Under the pieces are notes generated by a model. It was not told the origin of the DNA and did no database searches. It worked only from the letters and a program-made list of their open reading frames with translations. Position numbers and translations under genes: made by a program. A DNA stretch of 32,000 nt from Pyrodictium abyssi. GTDB lineage: Archaea > Thermoproteota > Thermoprotei_A > Sulfolobales > Pyrodictiaceae. Shown here in pieces: positions 31,292-32,000 of this stretch. The stretch lies in NCBI RefSeq assembly GCF_036323395.1, contig NZ_AP028907.1, positions 300,001-332,000 of the forward strand, in the 5' to 3' direction. Position 1 is the stretch's first letter, and the number at the start of each line of letters is the position of its first letter.

Positions 31292-31930
31292 ATGAGTGCA
31301 GCCGGGAAGACAAAGGTAGAGGTACCAGAGATACCGGTCAAGGAGGCGGTAGAGCTCCCAGCGGAGAAGACAGCACTAATCATAGTAGATATGCAGAACG
31401 ACTTCGTAAAGCCCCAGGGCCGGCTCTACGTTCCAGCAGCGGAGAAGACCGTTCCGGCGATACGCCGGCTACTAGAACGCGCCCGCAACCATGGAGTGAT
31501 GACAGTGTTTACGAAAGACACACACTACCCTGGCGACCCCGAGCACAGGATCTGGGGTGAGCACGTAGTACGCGGAACCTGGGGATGGGAGATAATCGAC
31601 GAACTGAAGCCAGTCAAAGGGGAGATAGTGATCGAGAAGACTAGGTATGACGGCTTCTACGGTACACCGCTTGACGACCTCCTAAGGGTATACGGAATAG
31701 AGCATTTAGTCATCGTGGGCACGGTGGCCAACATATGTGTCCTGCACACGGCGGGCAGCGCGGCACTAAGATGGTACAAGATATACGTCCCCATGGACGG
31801 TATTAGCGCTCTTAACGAGTTCGACTATTACGTGGCACTACGCCAGATATCATACCTATACCTAAGCACGATAGTCCGGAGTGCTGATGGAGTAAGGTTT
31901 GTAGGCAAAGGGCCCTGGGAGCGCGGATAA
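31292..31930 (+). CDS. Isochorismatase-family cysteine hydrolase (possible nicotinamidase)
   Basis: 212 aa. The catalytic triad context is present: ALIIVDMQNDF (Asp), EKTRYDGF (Lys) and VGTVANICVLHTA (Cys). DTHYPGDPEH is loosely PncA-like. Confidence 0.8.
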   Translation: MSAAGKTKVEVPEIPVKEAVELPAEKTALIIVDMQNDFVKPQGRLYVPAAEKTVPAIRRLLERARNHGVMTVFTKDTHYPGDPEHRIWGEHVVRGTWGWEIIDELKPVKGEIVIEKTRYDGFYGTPLDDLLRVYGIEHLVIVGTVANICVLHTAGSAALRWYKIYVPMDGISALNEFDYYVALRQISYLYLSTIVRSADGVRFVGKGPWERG

Positions 31931-32000
31931 CCCAGTACGGCAAACGGCTAGGCGCCAGGAGGCAAGCGGCCCCAAGGGCCCGCCGGAGAGGAGGCATGGA

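Overview
This window looks like a core, information-processing stretch of a hyperthermophilic crenarchaeon-type genome. That placement is my inference from several things. It has a class I LysRS, archaeal AspRS and GlyRS, TFB, RpoP, aSUI1, EndA and the nop5-flpA pair. Codon use is rich in ATA, CTA and AGG. TATA boxes sit about 25-30 nt upstream of start codons, and many starts are TTG or GTG preceded by GGAGG/GGTG-type Shine-Dalgarno (SD) motifs.

I can support about 36 protein genes, one tRNA-Thr(UGU) and one well-formed plus one weaker C/D box sRNA candidate. The window also holds an alternative heme biosynthesis cluster (radical SAM, fused AhbA/B, radical SAM), polyamine and hypusine genes (dys, speB, speE), a ubiE-like/ubiX operon and several uncharacterised small proteins. 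I see no transposases, integrases, CRISPR arrays, toxin-antitoxin pairs or defence genes.

I do not see a convincing multi-gene novel system. The best leads are single loci:
- an unannotated C/D box sRNA next to tRNA-Thr;
- an orphan 197-aa gene in a sharply AT-rich islet between SUI1 and tfb;
- a radical SAM/TRAM protein whose cluster motif is split as C-x24-C-x2-C;
- an 11-bp perfect inverted repeat on the promoter of a wHTH regulator;
- a GC-rich, structured, SD-bearing leader in front of tfb;
- a Cys8 small protein downstream of endA.

All homology statements come from my recognition of motifs in the translated ORFs. No database search was run.
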